Below, piece by piece: positions 1 to 9,608 of a stretch of DNA of 64,000 nt (position 1 is the stretch's first letter; each line of letters begins with the position of its first letter). The DNA comes from Vicinamibacterales bacterium (GTDB lineage: Bacteria > Acidobacteriota > Vicinamibacteria > Vicinamibacterales > 2-12-FULL-66-21), in the NCBI GenBank assembly GCA_035491715.1, contig DATJKH010000140.1:2071-66070 (forward strand), given 5' to 3'. The translations under genes were made by a program, and so were the position numbers. The notes below the pieces were generated by a model. It searched no databases, was not told the origin of the DNA, and saw only the letters and a program-made list of their open reading frames with translations.

Positions 1-623
1 TTGAATACCTTGCTGCCAAATACCTTGTCGATTTGCGAGCGAATATCCCGCCCGAGCGCCGTGCGCTTGTCGTGCATCGTGATGACGACGCCGAGGATAC
101 GCAAGTTGGGATTCGCTCGTGCCCGGACCTTTTCGATAGTTTCGAGGAGGTCATCCGTCCCTTCGAGCGCGAAGTACGAGGACTGGATGGGAATGAGCAA
201 ATGGGTCGCGGCGACGAGCGCGTTGACGGTCAAGAGTCCGAGCGTCGGCGGGCAATCGATGACGATGTTCGGATAGTCACTGCGGATTGGATCGAGACGA
301 TCCTTGAGCCTGAAGTGGGCGTCGAGCTCCCCAACCAGCTTCGACTCGATTTTCGCCAGCGCGATGCGCGACGGCGCGACCCACAGGTTCGGCTGTGTCG
401 AGGGCACGATGACGTCGGCGAAGCTGCAGGACGCCTCCGCGATCGCGTCGTACACGCTGCGCGTGACGGTTGACATGTCGACATACGACATCGTGCTGTT
501 GGCCTGGGGATCGAGATCGACAAGAAGGGTCCGAGTGCCGCGTAAGGAAAGTGCCGCCGCCAGGTTGATCGCGGTCGTGGTCTTCCCCACGCCCCCTTTT
601 TGGTTGGCTATCGCAACGATCAT
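1..623 (-). CDS. parA: ParA/Soj-type chromosome partitioning ATPase (C-terminus lies beyond window start)
   Basis: Absent from the ORF track because it runs off the edge. Reverse translation from ATG at 623-621 reads MIVAIANQKGGVGKTTTAINLAAALSLRG...LLVDLDPQ...IDCPPTLGLLTVNAL, with the deviant Walker A KGGVGKT. Confidence 0.9.
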   Translation of the reverse strand, partial: MIVAIANQKGGVGKTTTAINLAAALSLRGTRTLLVDLDPQANSTMSYVDMSTVTRSVYDAIAEASCSFADVIVPSTQPNLWVAPSRIALAKIESKLVGELDAHFRLKDRLDPIRSDYPNIVIDCPPTLGLLTVNALVAATHLLIPIQSSYFALEGTDDLLETIEKVRARANPNLRILGVVITMHDKRTALGRDIRSQIDKVFGSKVF

Positions 624-775
624 CGTGTCCGTACGTCTGAATTCACAGGGGGTGCGGCCATTGTAGGAAGCGTGTGCGGGGGTGTCAATCAAAAGGGCAC
701 ACGCCCGAACTGGTTTTTCAGATGTGCACGGGTGGGAAAGGGTGAGCAGTAGAGCGAACCAATTGCGGGGGCGGA

Positions 776-798
776 CGCGCGGTCTTCAAAACCGCGCG
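776..798 (-). terminator. GC-rich hairpin immediately after the BFN stop codon (8-bp stem CGCGCGGT/ACCGCGCG, 7-nt loop), no U-tract
   Basis: Inverted repeat read directly from the sequence, 1 nt downstream of the TAA at 802-800. Confidence 0.4.
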
Positions 799-799
799 C

Positions 800-1282
800 T
801 TACATCTTGTACTTGCCCATGTCGTTCGGGTCGAGGCTCTCGAGCCACTTTTGCAACTCGGTATCGCGCTTCTCCGGTACAGGATCGCTGCTCTTCGCGT
901 TGTCGATGACCGTGTCCTCGACGAAGATCGGGGCTCGCGCGCGAAGCGCCAGGGCGATCGCATCACTGGGGCGCGCGTCGATCGCCATCGACTCGCCGTT
1001 GACCAGCAAATAAATCAACGCGTAGAACGTGTTGTCTTTCAGATCCGAGACGACGATTTTCTGGATGTCCGCTTTCAGGTCGTGAATGACGTTGCGCAGC
1101 AGGTCGTGCGTCATCGGACGCGGCGTGGTGACGTTTTCGATCTGCAGCGCGATGGCGTTGGCCTCGAACACGCCGACCCAGATCGGCAGAACCCGCTGCT
1201 CGGCCTTGTCGCGCAGAATGATGATCGGCATGTTGGTGATCGGATCGACCATCAGTCCCTTGATCGTCATCTCAATCTGCAT
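800..1282 (-). CDS. Bifunctional nuclease family protein (BFN/DUF151)
   Basis: ORF 800..1333. The sequence MQIEMTIKGLMVDPITNMPIIILRD...LPIWVGVFEANAIA...RPMTHDLL is typical of DUF151. I prefer the internal ATG at 1282 (weak GGGAC upstream); the longest start is 1333. Confidence 0.8.
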   Translation of the reverse strand: MQIEMTIKGLMVDPITNMPIIILRDKAEQRVLPIWVGVFEANAIALQIENVTTPRPMTHDLLRNVIHDLKADIQKIVVSDLKDNTFYALIYLLVNGESMAIDARPSDAIALALRARAPIFVEDTVIDNAKSSDPVPEKRDTELQKWLESLDPNDMGKYKM

Positions 1283-1329
1283 GGTGTCGTGTCCCGTTCG
1301 CAGTTGGCCAGAGGGCCGCAGAATCCGTT

Positions 1330-2697
1330 TCAAACGTAGGCAGCCGTTGTGGCAGTGTCAAGCGCAACCGACTCCCCTCGCAGGCTGTTCGGGTTTGCGC
1401 CCGTGATTCGCACCGCAATGATGTCGCCGATCTCAGTCCCCGATCCCGCGAAGTTCACCACCGTGTTGCCGCTGGTGCGACCCGAGAGTTCCCAGTCGCG
1501 CCTCCGGCTGCGCGAGTCCACCAGCACCTCGAACGTCTGTCCGATCGCGGCATTGTAGATCTCGGTCTGGATGCGCTTCTGCAGCGACTGCAGCGCCACG
1601 ATTCGCTCCGTCTTGTCGCGCTCGGAGATCGCGTCCGGCATGCGCTTGGACGCCAGCGTGTTCGGCCGCTCCGAGTACTTGAATGAAAACATGCTGTGAT
1701 ACCTGACCTGTTCGACGAGCGACAGCGTGTCGGCAAAGTCTCGCTCGCTCTCACCCGGGAACCCGACGATCATATCGGTCGATAGCGCGATGTCCGGGAT
1801 AGCCTCACGCAACGCCGCCACAAGTTCCAGGTAGTGCTCGCGCGTGTGACGCCGGCGCATCGCCGCCAGCACTCGCGTCGACCCGGATTGCACGGGCAGA
1901 TGAAGATGCCGGCAGACCGCGGGCAAATCCCGCATCGCCGCGATCATCCGCGGCGTTACGTGCCGCGGGTGTGGGCTGGCAAACCTGATTCGCGCCAGAC
2001 CCTCGATGGCGTTGAGCCGTTCGAGCAGCGCAGCGAAATCGCAGGTCGGATCATCGGGCGCCTGATAGTGATTCACGATCTGGCCGAGAAGCTGCACTTC
2101 CCTGGCGCCGGTCGCCACTGCATGCCTGGCGTCTGCGACAATGTCGCCGACGGGACGCATCCGCTCGTGGCCGCGCGTGTAGGGGACGACGCAGAAGGCG
2201 CAGTACTCGTTGCACCCTTCGATGATGGTGACATACGCCTTCACAGGATCGCTTCGACGCGCAATCCCCAACGGAAACGACACGTCGTCTACAGGATCGA
2301 TCGCGACCGTCGCCGGTTCTGTCCTGCGACGCGGGTGCTCGAGCGCTTCGGTGACGAGAAGCGGAAGACGTTTCAGATTCTGCGTACCTAGAATCACATC
2401 GACCGACTTGGAACGTCGCAGAATCTGCGATCCTTCCTGTTGTGCGACGCAGCCGGTGACGGCGACCACCGGACGACCGCCGGTCTCGTTCCCCATCAGT
2501 CGAATCTCACCCAGGCGAGTGAATAACTTCTCTTCGGCACGTTCGCGGACACTGCAGGTATTGATCACGATGACGTCCGCATCGCGCTCGTCGCTGGTCG
2601 ACTCGAAGCCTGCCTGCTCGAGGAGACCCGCCATGCGTTCCGAGTCGTGGATGTTCATCTGACATCCAAACGTTTCGATCAGATACTTGCGCCCCAT
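1330..2697 (-). CDS. miaB: tRNA (N6-isopentenyl-A37) methylthiotransferase MiaB
   Basis: 455 aa. N-terminus YLIETFGCQMNIHDSE, radical-SAM CNEYCAFCVVPYTRG, C-terminal TRAM region. Confidence 0.93.
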   Translation of the reverse strand: MGRKYLIETFGCQMNIHDSERMAGLLEQAGFESTSDERDADVIVINTCSVRERAEEKLFTRLGEIRLMGNETGGRPVVAVTGCVAQQEGSQILRRSKSVDVILGTQNLKRLPLLVTEALEHPRRRTEPATVAIDPVDDVSFPLGIARRSDPVKAYVTIIEGCNEYCAFCVVPYTRGHERMRPVGDIVADARHAVATGAREVQLLGQIVNHYQAPDDPTCDFAALLERLNAIEGLARIRFASPHPRHVTPRMIAAMRDLPAVCRHLHLPVQSGSTRVLAAMRRRHTREHYLELVAALREAIPDIALSTDMIVGFPGESERDFADTLSLVEQVRYHSMFSFKYSERPNTLASKRMPDAISERDKTERIVALQSLQKRIQTEIYNAAIGQTFEVLVDSRSRRRDWELSGRTSGNTVVNFAGSGTEIGDIIAVRITGANPNSLRGESVALDTATTAAYV

Positions 2698-2702
2698 CGA
2701 CC

Positions 2703-2737
2703 TTCGCTTTCGCTTTCGTGTTTATTTCGCTTTCGCC
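2703..2737 (-). repeat. Short-period tandem repeat (CGCTTT/TTCGCT units) in the recN-miaB gap
   Basis: Sequence cttcgctttcgctttcgtgtttatttcgctttcgcc read directly. No inverted partner seen. Confidence 0.6.
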
Positions 2738-2769
2738 TGAATTGACGCGTTCGAACGACCCGGCCCCTA

Positions 2770-4473
2770 TCAATTCGTCTTTCTCTGTTTACCTGGCTTC
2801 CTCTGTGGTGAAGCCTCTCCGTTTCCTCGAGAACTACTCTGCTCTCTCCCCCGCCGGAAGGCGAGCATTTCCTTCGCGCTCGCCATGACGGCGGCCGAGA
2901 CATCGCTGCCGCCGATCATGCGCGCCAGCTCCTCTTCTCTTTTGACTCCTTCGACCCGCGCAACGTCGGTCACGGTTCGGCCGGTTCGGATGCTCTTTTC
3001 GATGCGATAGTGCGTCGAACCGTACGCGGCGATCTGTGGAAGGTGTGTGATACAGAGCACCTGGTATGTGGCGCCGAGGCGTTGCAGTCGCGCGCCGACC
3101 ACATCGGCGACGGCGCCTCCAATCCCGGCATCCACCTCGTCGAAGATGAGCGTTTTTCCCGGCGCGTCGGTGGACGCCAGTGTCTTCAAGGCGAGCATCA
3201 CGCGAGACAGCTCACCGCCCGAGGCGATGCGCGCCAGGGGCCGAAGATCCTCCCCCGGATTCGGCGAGATGTAGAACTCCCCGTCCTCGATTCCGCGCGC
3301 AGTCCATTCCGCCTCGGTCGGGGCCTCCGTGAATCGCACGTCACACCGGGTGCGGGTCATCGCCAGTTCGCCAAGCGCGCGTTCGAGTGCGCGCGAGAAC
3401 TCGACGGCCGCGGAACGGCGTTGGCTCGCCAATGCCTTGGCAGCCTGCAGATAGGCGTCCCCTGCCTGCGCCAACGCCCGATCGATCGTGGCGACGCGCT
3501 CGGTCGCATGCGTCAAGTCGTGCTGTTCGCGTCGCAGCGAATGTGCCTTGTCCAGTACCTCGGCAAGCGTGGCGCCGTGCTTTTTCTTCAGTCGTTCGAG
3601 CTGGGCGAGACGATCCTCGACTTCCTGCAGGCGCGCCGGGGACGCGTCGATGGCGCCGGAATACGAGCGAAGAAAGAAGGAGAGATCTTCCAGCTGCGAT
3701 TTCACTGCGTCGCGACCATCGAGATACGGAGCGAACCGCGTGTCCAGCGCCGCCAGATCACCCACCTTCTTCCAGACGACGCCGAGAGCCGGAAGTACGG
3801 CCGCGTCTCCTTCGTAAAGCGCGTCATAGGCTTCCGAGCAGAGCCGTTGCAGCCTGTCAGCATTCGCGAGCACGGTTCGCGTCGCCGACAGTTCATCGTC
3901 TTCACCAGGCTTGGGCGAGATGCGATCGATCTCGGCAAGCTGGAACGACAGGAATTCGAGACGCGAGGCTTTCTCGCGCTCGCCACTGACCAGGCGATCT
4001 CGTTCGGCCCGCACGGTCTCGAACGCGGCAAAGCGATCGCCGACCGCGCAACGTTGATCGCGGAGATTCGCAAATGCGTCGAGCACGTCGAGATGTGTCG
4101 ACGCGTCGAGCAACCGCTGGTGTTCGTGTTGCCCGTGGAGGTCGACAAGCGGTGAGCAGACGTCGCGCAGTGTCGCGGACGTCGCGAGCGCACCATCGAT
4201 CGACGCGCGGCTTCGTCCTTGTGCCGAGACTTCCCGCCTGACGATCACCTCGTCACCATCAGCCGTTTCGAAGATGGCTTCGACCGTAGCGGTTTCTTCT
4301 CCCGTCCGCACCAGATCGGCTGATGCGCGGCCGCCAACGAGGAGTCCGACGGCGCCCACCAGGATGGACTTCCCCGCCCCAGTCTCCCCGGTCAGCACGT
4401 TGAGACCGCTCTCGAACTCGAGTTCAAGCCGATCGATCACGGCCAGATTCCGGACGGAAAGAAAACGGAGCAT
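2770..4473 (-). CDS. recN: DNA repair protein RecN
   Basis: ORF 2770..4488. MLRFLSVRNLAVIDRLELEF...LTGETGAGKSILVGA (Walker A), coiled-coil middle, C-terminal SGGELSRVMLALK and LIFDEVDAGIGG. Start taken at ATG 4473. Confidence 0.93.
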   Translation of the reverse strand: MLRFLSVRNLAVIDRLELEFESGLNVLTGETGAGKSILVGAVGLLVGGRASADLVRTGEETATVEAIFETADGDEVIVRREVSAQGRSRASIDGALATSATLRDVCSPLVDLHGQHEHQRLLDASTHLDVLDAFANLRDQRCAVGDRFAAFETVRAERDRLVSGEREKASRLEFLSFQLAEIDRISPKPGEDDELSATRTVLANADRLQRLCSEAYDALYEGDAAVLPALGVVWKKVGDLAALDTRFAPYLDGRDAVKSQLEDLSFFLRSYSGAIDASPARLQEVEDRLAQLERLKKKHGATLAEVLDKAHSLRREQHDLTHATERVATIDRALAQAGDAYLQAAKALASQRRSAAVEFSRALERALGELAMTRTRCDVRFTEAPTEAEWTARGIEDGEFYISPNPGEDLRPLARIASGGELSRVMLALKTLASTDAPGKTLIFDEVDAGIGGAVADVVGARLQRLGATYQVLCITHLPQIAAYGSTHYRIEKSIRTGRTVTDVARVEGVKREEELARMIGGSDVSAAVMASAKEMLAFRRGREQSSSRGNGEASPQRKPGKQRKTN

Positions 4474-4503
4474 GGACGCGAAGTACAATCTTATCAGATG
4501 TTT

Positions 4504-4549
4504 GACAGCGCATAGGGGGCATGTTACTCTTCAAAAACCCTGCGCTGTC
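4504..4549. promoter_or_regulatory. Inverted repeat GACAGCGCA(T)GGG ... CCCTGCGCTGTC in the divergent recN/tolQ control region
   Basis: 12 bp of complementarity with one bulged T and a ~20-nt AT-richer loop, read directly. Confidence 0.45.
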
Positions 4550-4585
4550 CCAGCGGCGCGACATACGATCGTAGCGGAGGAATGT

Positions 4586-5353
4586 TTGCGCACGCCCGGA
4601 TACTACGCCCTTGCGCTGTACGCGCAGGGCGACACGCCGGCAACTGGGGCCGGCGACGTCAACACCGACATCATTTATCTCGTCCTTCACGCGAGCCTGA
4701 TCGCGCAGCTCGTGCTGGCGATCCTGCTGCTCTTCTCAGCGATCTCGTGGGGAATCATTCTTTACAAGTTCTGGCAGTTCAGCCGCTCGTCGCGCCAGTC
4801 ATCGACGTTTCTCGACGTCTTCCGCAAGAGCAGCAAGTTCTCTGAAGTGCAGGCGGTCTGCCGCACGCTGTCGGCCAGTCCGCTCGTGGGGCTGTTTCAA
4901 TCGGGGTACACGGAGCTGAATTCACAACTGCGAACGGCTGGCAATCCCGAGCCCGCCAAGCCAGCCGCGGCAGCCGGACGTCCAACTCTGAAGAGCCTCG
5001 ACGCGGTCGACCGCGCTCTGCTTCGCGCGACGACCGTCGAGATGACCAGGCTCGAACGTCGTGTGACGTTCCTCGCGACGACAGCGAGTATCACGCCGTT
5101 CATCGGACTGTTCGGAACCGTGTGGGGGATCATGAATTCGTTCCAGCAGATCGGCGCGCAGGGATCGTCGAGCCTGGGCGTCGTCGCTCCAGGAATCGCG
5201 GAGGCACTGATCACCACGGCGGCGGGTCTCTTTGCCGCGATACCGGCCGTGTACTTCTACAACTACTTCACCAGTCGCGTGAAACACTTTGCCTCGGACA
5301 TGGACGATTTCTCGCTCGAGTTTCTCAATATCTCGGAGAGGAATTTCACGTAA
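4586..5353 (+). CDS. tolQ: TolQ (MotA/TolQ/ExbB proton-channel family)
   Basis: Part of ORF 4274..5353. Three TM segments, C-terminal PFIGLFGTVWGIMNSF and GIAEALITTAAGL motifs. Start placed at TTG 4586, 5 nt after GGAGG; the long N-terminal extension overlaps recN and was rejected. Confidence 0.85.
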   Translation: MRTPGYYALALYAQGDTPATGAGDVNTDIIYLVLHASLIAQLVLAILLLFSAISWGIILYKFWQFSRSSRQSSTFLDVFRKSSKFSEVQAVCRTLSASPLVGLFQSGYTELNSQLRTAGNPEPAKPAAAAGRPTLKSLDAVDRALLRATTVEMTRLERRVTFLATTASITPFIGLFGTVWGIMNSFQQIGAQGSSSLGVVAPGIAEALITTAAGLFAAIPAVYFYNYFTSRVKHFASDMDDFSLEFLNISERNFT

Positions 5354-5406
5354 GTGATCGTCATGTGGCTTCCGCCTCGCGGCGGAAGGCGAGATGAGGA
5401 ATTCAA

Positions 5407-5865
5407 TTGCCAAAAGTACATGACACCGCAGGCTCGAACGGTTCACGGCGAGGGCGAAGTGCGCGCGTGTCGACGACGCTGGCCGAGATAAACGTGGTGC
5501 CGCTGGTCGACGTGATGCTCGTGCTGTTGATCATCTTTATGGTGACGGCGCCGATGATGCAGCAGGGACTGCAGGTCAACCTTCCGCAGGCGCGGCGCTC
5601 CACACCGGTGACTGCGGAACCGGTCTATGTCACGGTGCCGGCAGATTTCACTCGCACTCGAACCGTGCAAATCGGCAAGGACGATGTGCGAATTGATTTT
5701 GTCGGCGAGCGCGTCCGCCAGGCACTGCTGGCGCGAACCGACAAGTCGGTCTTCATTCGCGCCGACGGTGCGGTGACGGTGCAGGAGATGGCGGCGGTCT
5801 GGGACAAACTGAAGGAAGGCGGCGTCGAGAAGGTCGGCATGATGACCAAGCCGATCACCCGATAA
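5407..5865 (+). CDS. tolR: TolR (ExbD/TolR family)
   Basis: 152 aa. [23 protein letters not shown] is the TM signature. TTG start preceded by GAGGA. Confidence 0.88.
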   Translation: MPKVHDTAGSNGSRRGRSARVSTTLAEINVVPLVDVMLVLLIIFMVTAPMMQQGLQVNLPQARRSTPVTAEPVYVTVPADFTRTRTVQIGKDDVRIDFVGERVRQALLARTDKSVFIRADGAVTVQEMAAVWDKLKEGGVEKVGMMTKPITR

Positions 5866-5868
5866 CAC

Positions 5869-6660
5869 ATGCACGAAGCGGTCAGCGACATCCTCCTCGA
5901 ACGATCGCGCGAATCCGATCGCGTCGGACAGATGATGCTGATCTCGTCGCTTGCGCACGCCGTTCTCCTTGCGGCGCTTGTCGTCATGCCGGCGAATTGG
6001 CGTACATCATCGAAATCGACCGACGTGATTCCGATGACTATTACGCTGAGCAGCGGCGGCGGCCCGGACACCGGTGGGCGCACGCCGATCTCCACGAGTC
6101 CGGTGCAGGAAGTCGCGGCGACGACCAAACCGGCGCCAGTCGCGCCACCCGTATCCAAACCGCCTGAGATGGTTGCGCCGGAGCGGACGGCCAAGCCGGT
6201 CGCAAAGACGCCGCCGAAGACGGAGAAGCCCGTCGACAAATCAACGGCGCGGAAGCCGACGACAGGGCCGGAAGTCAGAACCGGCGATGCGCGCGTCGAG
6301 GGAGGGGCGCCGATCCCGTTCGGAGGATTGACGCGTCCGGCTGGTGCGAGTTCGGTTGGCGCCTCGGCAACGACCGACTATGCGAATTTCTGCTGTCCGG
6401 AGTATCTGATCAAGATACTGGACATCATCAAGCGAAACTGGAATTCGAATCAGGGCGCCAATGGCCAGGTCGGTGTGAAGTTTACTATCCGTCGAGACGG
6501 AACGATCACGGCGGTAGAACTGGAGCAGCCGAGCCAGATCTCGCTGCTCGACCTGGAGTCGCAGCGGGCGTTGCTGAAGACACGAAATCTACAACCCTTA
6601 CCGCGTGAGTTTCCGGAAAACGCGCTCACGATTCATCTGGTCTTTGATTACCATCGTTGA
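5869..6660 (+). CDS. TolA/TonB-family energy-transducer protein in the tolA position
   Basis: 263 aa. N-terminal TM (MMLISSLAHAVLLAALVV), Pro/Lys/Thr-rich spacer, TonB_C-like C-terminal domain. Sits between tolR and tolB. Confidence 0.75.
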   Translation: MHEAVSDILLERSRESDRVGQMMLISSLAHAVLLAALVVMPANWRTSSKSTDVIPMTITLSSGGGPDTGGRTPISTSPVQEVAATTKPAPVAPPVSKPPEMVAPERTAKPVAKTPPKTEKPVDKSTARKPTTGPEVRTGDARVEGGAPIPFGGLTRPAGASSVGASATTDYANFCCPEYLIKILDIIKRNWNSNQGANGQVGVKFTIRRDGTITAVELEQPSQISLLDLESQRALLKTRNLQPLPREFPENALTIHLVFDYHR

Positions 6661-6668
6661 TTACACCT

Positions 6669-8039
6669 ATGCGAACACTCATCACCGGCATCGTGGTCGC
6701 GTCCGTCGGCTTGACGCTCGCGTCCCAGAATGCGCCACAGGGGAACCCCTCGCCGGCTCCCACCCAGCAGCCGGCGGAAATCCGTCTCACGATCAGCGGA
6801 CCACCGGGACTGCCGCCGAAATACGCGGTGCCCGATTTCATTCCCCTCACCAACGATCCGGAAACGGTCGCCGCTGCCAAAACAGTCGGTCAGGTTCTCT
6901 GGGACGACTTGAACTTCGAACGCGAGTTCTACCTGATTCCGCGCGACACTTACCGGACGATTCCGCCGGCGAGTTCAATCGATCATGTGCCGCTGGATCA
7001 ATGGAAGCAGCTCGGCGCCGACGGTCTCATCGTCGGCACCGTCAGAAAGACTCCGACCGGCGCCGCCGTGCAGGTGCGGCTAATCGAAGTGACGTCGGGG
7101 CAGACGGCATTCGGCAAAGAGTACAGCGGCACATTGAAGAACCCGCGGCTCTACGCTCACACGGCTTCCGACGAGATTCATCTGCAGCAGCGAAGTCTCA
7201 AAGGCGTGGCGCGCACGAGGCTGGCCTTCGCGTCCGATCGCGATGGCGAGCGTATGAAAGGCCCAATCGTCGATCGCGGCATCTCCAACATCTATATGTC
7301 GGACTACGACGGCGCCAATCAGCAGCGCGTGACGATTACCCGTTCGCTCGACATCACGCCTGCGTGGTCGCCTGATGCGAGGGCTATCGCTTACACGTCG
7401 TATCGCACGGGGTTCCAGGACATCATCGTTTCATACATTTACGAGGGGAAATACTCGAACCCCACGGCCGGGACCTCGGAGAGACAGAATTTCCTGCCTG
7501 CATGGTCGCCTGATGGGTCGCGGTTGGCGTTCACGTCGAATCGCGACGGTAACAGCGAGATCTACGTCATCAACCGCGACGGTAGCGGGCTAAGGCGTCT
7601 CACGAATCATCCCTCGATTGACGTGACGCCGACGTGGTCCCCGACGGGAAAACAGATTGCCTTTACCTCCGATCGCACCGGCTCGCCGCAGATCTGGGTC
7701 ATGAATGACGATGGATCCGAGCCGCGCAAAATCACGAACGAATCAAGATGTGATCGTCCGACCTGGTCGATTTCGCCGAACAACGAGATTGCGTACGCGT
7801 CACAGACCGGGGCTGGGTATGACATCCGTATTTACGATGTGGCGACGAGCGAGAGCCACACGATCACCGATGGCATCGGCAGCAATGAGAGCCCCGCATT
7901 TTCGCCGAACGGCCGTCACATCGCGTTCACGTCGACGCGGGCCGGCAAGGCACAGATCTTCCTGATCGACCGAGATGGAAAGAACCTGCAGCAGATCACC
8001 AGAACCGGCATGAACAGGTATCCAAACTGGTCGCAATAG
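6669..8039 (+). CDS. tolB: Tol-Pal system beta-propeller protein TolB
   Basis: ORF 6657..8039. Signal peptide MRTLITGIVVASVGLTLA and repeated PD40 motifs (PAWSPDG, PTWSPTG, PAFSPNG). Confidence 0.92.
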   Translation: MRTLITGIVVASVGLTLASQNAPQGNPSPAPTQQPAEIRLTISGPPGLPPKYAVPDFIPLTNDPETVAAAKTVGQVLWDDLNFEREFYLIPRDTYRTIPPASSIDHVPLDQWKQLGADGLIVGTVRKTPTGAAVQVRLIEVTSGQTAFGKEYSGTLKNPRLYAHTASDEIHLQQRSLKGVARTRLAFASDRDGERMKGPIVDRGISNIYMSDYDGANQQRVTITRSLDITPAWSPDARAIAYTSYRTGFQDIIVSYIYEGKYSNPTAGTSERQNFLPAWSPDGSRLAFTSNRDGNSEIYVINRDGSGLRRLTNHPSIDVTPTWSPTGKQIAFTSDRTGSPQIWVMNDDGSEPRKITNESRCDRPTWSISPNNEIAYASQTGAGYDIRIYDVATSESHTITDGIGSNESPAFSPNGRHIAFTSTRAGKAQIFLIDRDGKNLQQITRTGMNRYPNWSQ

Positions 8040-8059
8040 CCGCGCGCTTTCGCGCGCGG
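8040..8059 (+). other. Perfect 8-bp GC hairpin (CCGCGCGC tttc GCGCGCGG) directly after the tolB stop
   Basis: Read directly. Possible intra-operon attenuator or RNA-stability element. Confidence 0.4.
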
Positions 8060-8153
8060 AAGCGCCTGCGGGCCGAGCGGGGGCGACGTCGCCGAGTGAG
8101 AGCGAGCGGGATGGGCCCCCGCGAGCCGTGAGAAAAGGGAAAAGGCAGAGACG

Positions 8154-8726
8154 ATGAAACAGAGACGAACGGTTGTGGCAGTGGCGATGGTAGCGCTGAT
8201 GCTGGTGAGCGCGTGTTCGAAGAAGAAGCCGCCGGTTGCACGGCCCCTTCCGCCGCCGCCTCCGCCTACGTCCTCGACGAACCGGGTGCCAGGTCCACCT
8301 GAGCCAGTGCGCGAGCCCGTTCCTGTTCCGGCTGAACCCATGGCGTCCGACACCTTGTCCTCGACCGATATCGACACGCTGAACAAGAACTCCCCCTTTC
8401 AGCCAGTGTTTTTTGCTTACGATCAGGACGATATCGACGCCATCGGCCAGCAGGCGCTGAACAACAACGCTGAGCTGATGAAGAAATACTCGACCTGGAT
8501 TGTCACGATTGAAGGGCACGCCGACGAGCGCGGTACGGCAGAATACAATCTGGCGCTTGGTGAGCGGCGGGCGCTTGCGGCGCGAAATTATCTCGTGTCG
8601 CTCGGAATCCCGGCCGATCGCCTCCGCACCGTCAGCTATGGTAAGGAATTTCCCTTCGAGCCCGGCCACGACGAAGGGTCGTGGTCAAAGAATCGCCGGG
8701 CGCATTTTGTCGTGACCAGTAAATGA
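8154..8726 (+). CDS. pal: Peptidoglycan-associated lipoprotein Pal (OmpA family)
   Basis: 190 aa. Lipobox LMLVSAC, Pro-rich linker, OmpA_C motifs ([22 protein letters not shown]). Confidence 0.92.
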   Translation: MKQRRTVVAVAMVALMLVSACSKKKPPVARPLPPPPPPTSSTNRVPGPPEPVREPVPVPAEPMASDTLSSTDIDTLNKNSPFQPVFFAYDQDDIDAIGQQALNNNAELMKKYSTWIVTIEGHADERGTAEYNLALGERRALAARNYLVSLGIPADRLRTVSYGKEFPFEPGHDEGSWSKNRRAHFVVTSK

Positions 8727-8746
8727 TCGCGGTTGAGGCACGAACG

Positions 8747-9601
8747 ATGAAACAAAGTGCATGGACGATAGTTCCAGTGCTGCTGCTGATGCTCGCGTCG
8801 CCGGTGGCCGCCGCCGACAAAGCACATCAGCAACTGATGGCGGAGATCCGGATGCTGCAGGAGCAGCAACAGCAGCTTCAGCAGATGATGGGCGCGCTGG
8901 CGGAAACGCTGAAGACCGTCTCGACGAAGATCGACGATCAAACAGCGGCGAACAGAAAGTCGTTCGCCGATCAGAAGCTGCAAATCGACAATGTCGCCGA
9001 CGGTGTGAGAGTGCTCCGCGAGAAGGCCGACGATACCAATGTTCGTCTTTCGACGGTGTCGCAGGAACTCGGGGCGGTCCGACAGGCGATGTCGTCGATG
9101 CCGACCGGGCAAGCTCCGCCACCGATTGCTGGCGCCGAACCTTCTCCGGCCGGAGAGCCCGGCGCCACTCCGACCACCACGGCGCCGGTGCCAACGACGC
9201 CGCCTGGATCAGCGCCGTTCATCTCGCCGCAACGGATGTACGACAATGCCTATAGCGACTATGCCGGCGGGCAGTTCGACATCGCCATCCAGGGATTCAA
9301 CGCGTATATCGCGAGCTTTCCCAAGTCCGACAAGGCAGACGACGCACAGCTGAACATCGGCAATGCGTACTACGGGGCTGGAAAACAGCGCGAAGCGGTG
9401 GACGCGTATCAGAAGGTGATTGCGAATTATCCGAACAGCGACAGCATTCCCGTCGCCTACTACAAGCTGGGTGTCACCTACACCGACCTCAAGCAGGCCG
9501 ATCTTGCGCGACGCTCGTTCGAGACGGTGATGCAGAAATATCCGGCCGCGCCCGAGGCATTCCTCGCGAAGCAGAGACTGGACGCGCTGAACAGAAAATA
9601 G
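8747..9601 (+). CDS. cpoB: Tol-Pal system protein CpoB/YbgF
   Basis: ORF 8723..9601. Signal peptide, Gln-rich coiled coil, C-terminal TPR (YDNAYSDY...AQLNIGNAYY). ATG 8747 follows GAGG. Confidence 0.85.
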   Translation: MKQSAWTIVPVLLLMLASPVAAADKAHQQLMAEIRMLQEQQQQLQQMMGALAETLKTVSTKIDDQTAANRKSFADQKLQIDNVADGVRVLREKADDTNVRLSTVSQELGAVRQAMSSMPTGQAPPPIAGAEPSPAGEPGATPTTTAPVPTTPPGSAPFISPQRMYDNAYSDYAGGQFDIAIQGFNAYIASFPKSDKADDAQLNIGNAYYGAGKQREAVDAYQKVIANYPNSDSIPVAYYKLGVTYTDLKQADLARRSFETVMQKYPAAPEAFLAKQRLDALNRK

Positions 9602-9608
9602 CTGGCAC

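Noticed and set aside
624-799. parS site near parA, and the 8-bp hairpin GCGTGTGC-N19-GCACACGC (670-704)
   Set aside because: No TGTTNCACGTGAAACA-like palindrome is present. The hairpin is short with a large loop, and I cannot assign it a function.
3010-4155. 381-aa plus-strand ORF, plus many similar 60-250-aa ORFs throughout (e.g. 5443..5958, 8636..9112, 11422..12006, 14005..14730, 17147..17752, 20427..21158, 26458..27408, 42767..43732, 47177..47827, 48707..49639, 55011..55838, 59585..60307, 61999..62787)
   Set aside because: All lie antisense or out of frame within strongly supported genes. Their translations are Arg/Pro/Gly/Ala-rich shadows without motifs.
4474-4585. LexA/SOS box upstream of recN
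   Set aside because: There is no match to CTGT-N8-ACAG, GAAC-N4-GTTC or GTTC-N7-GTTC. Only the unrelated long inverted repeat is present, and that is reported separately.
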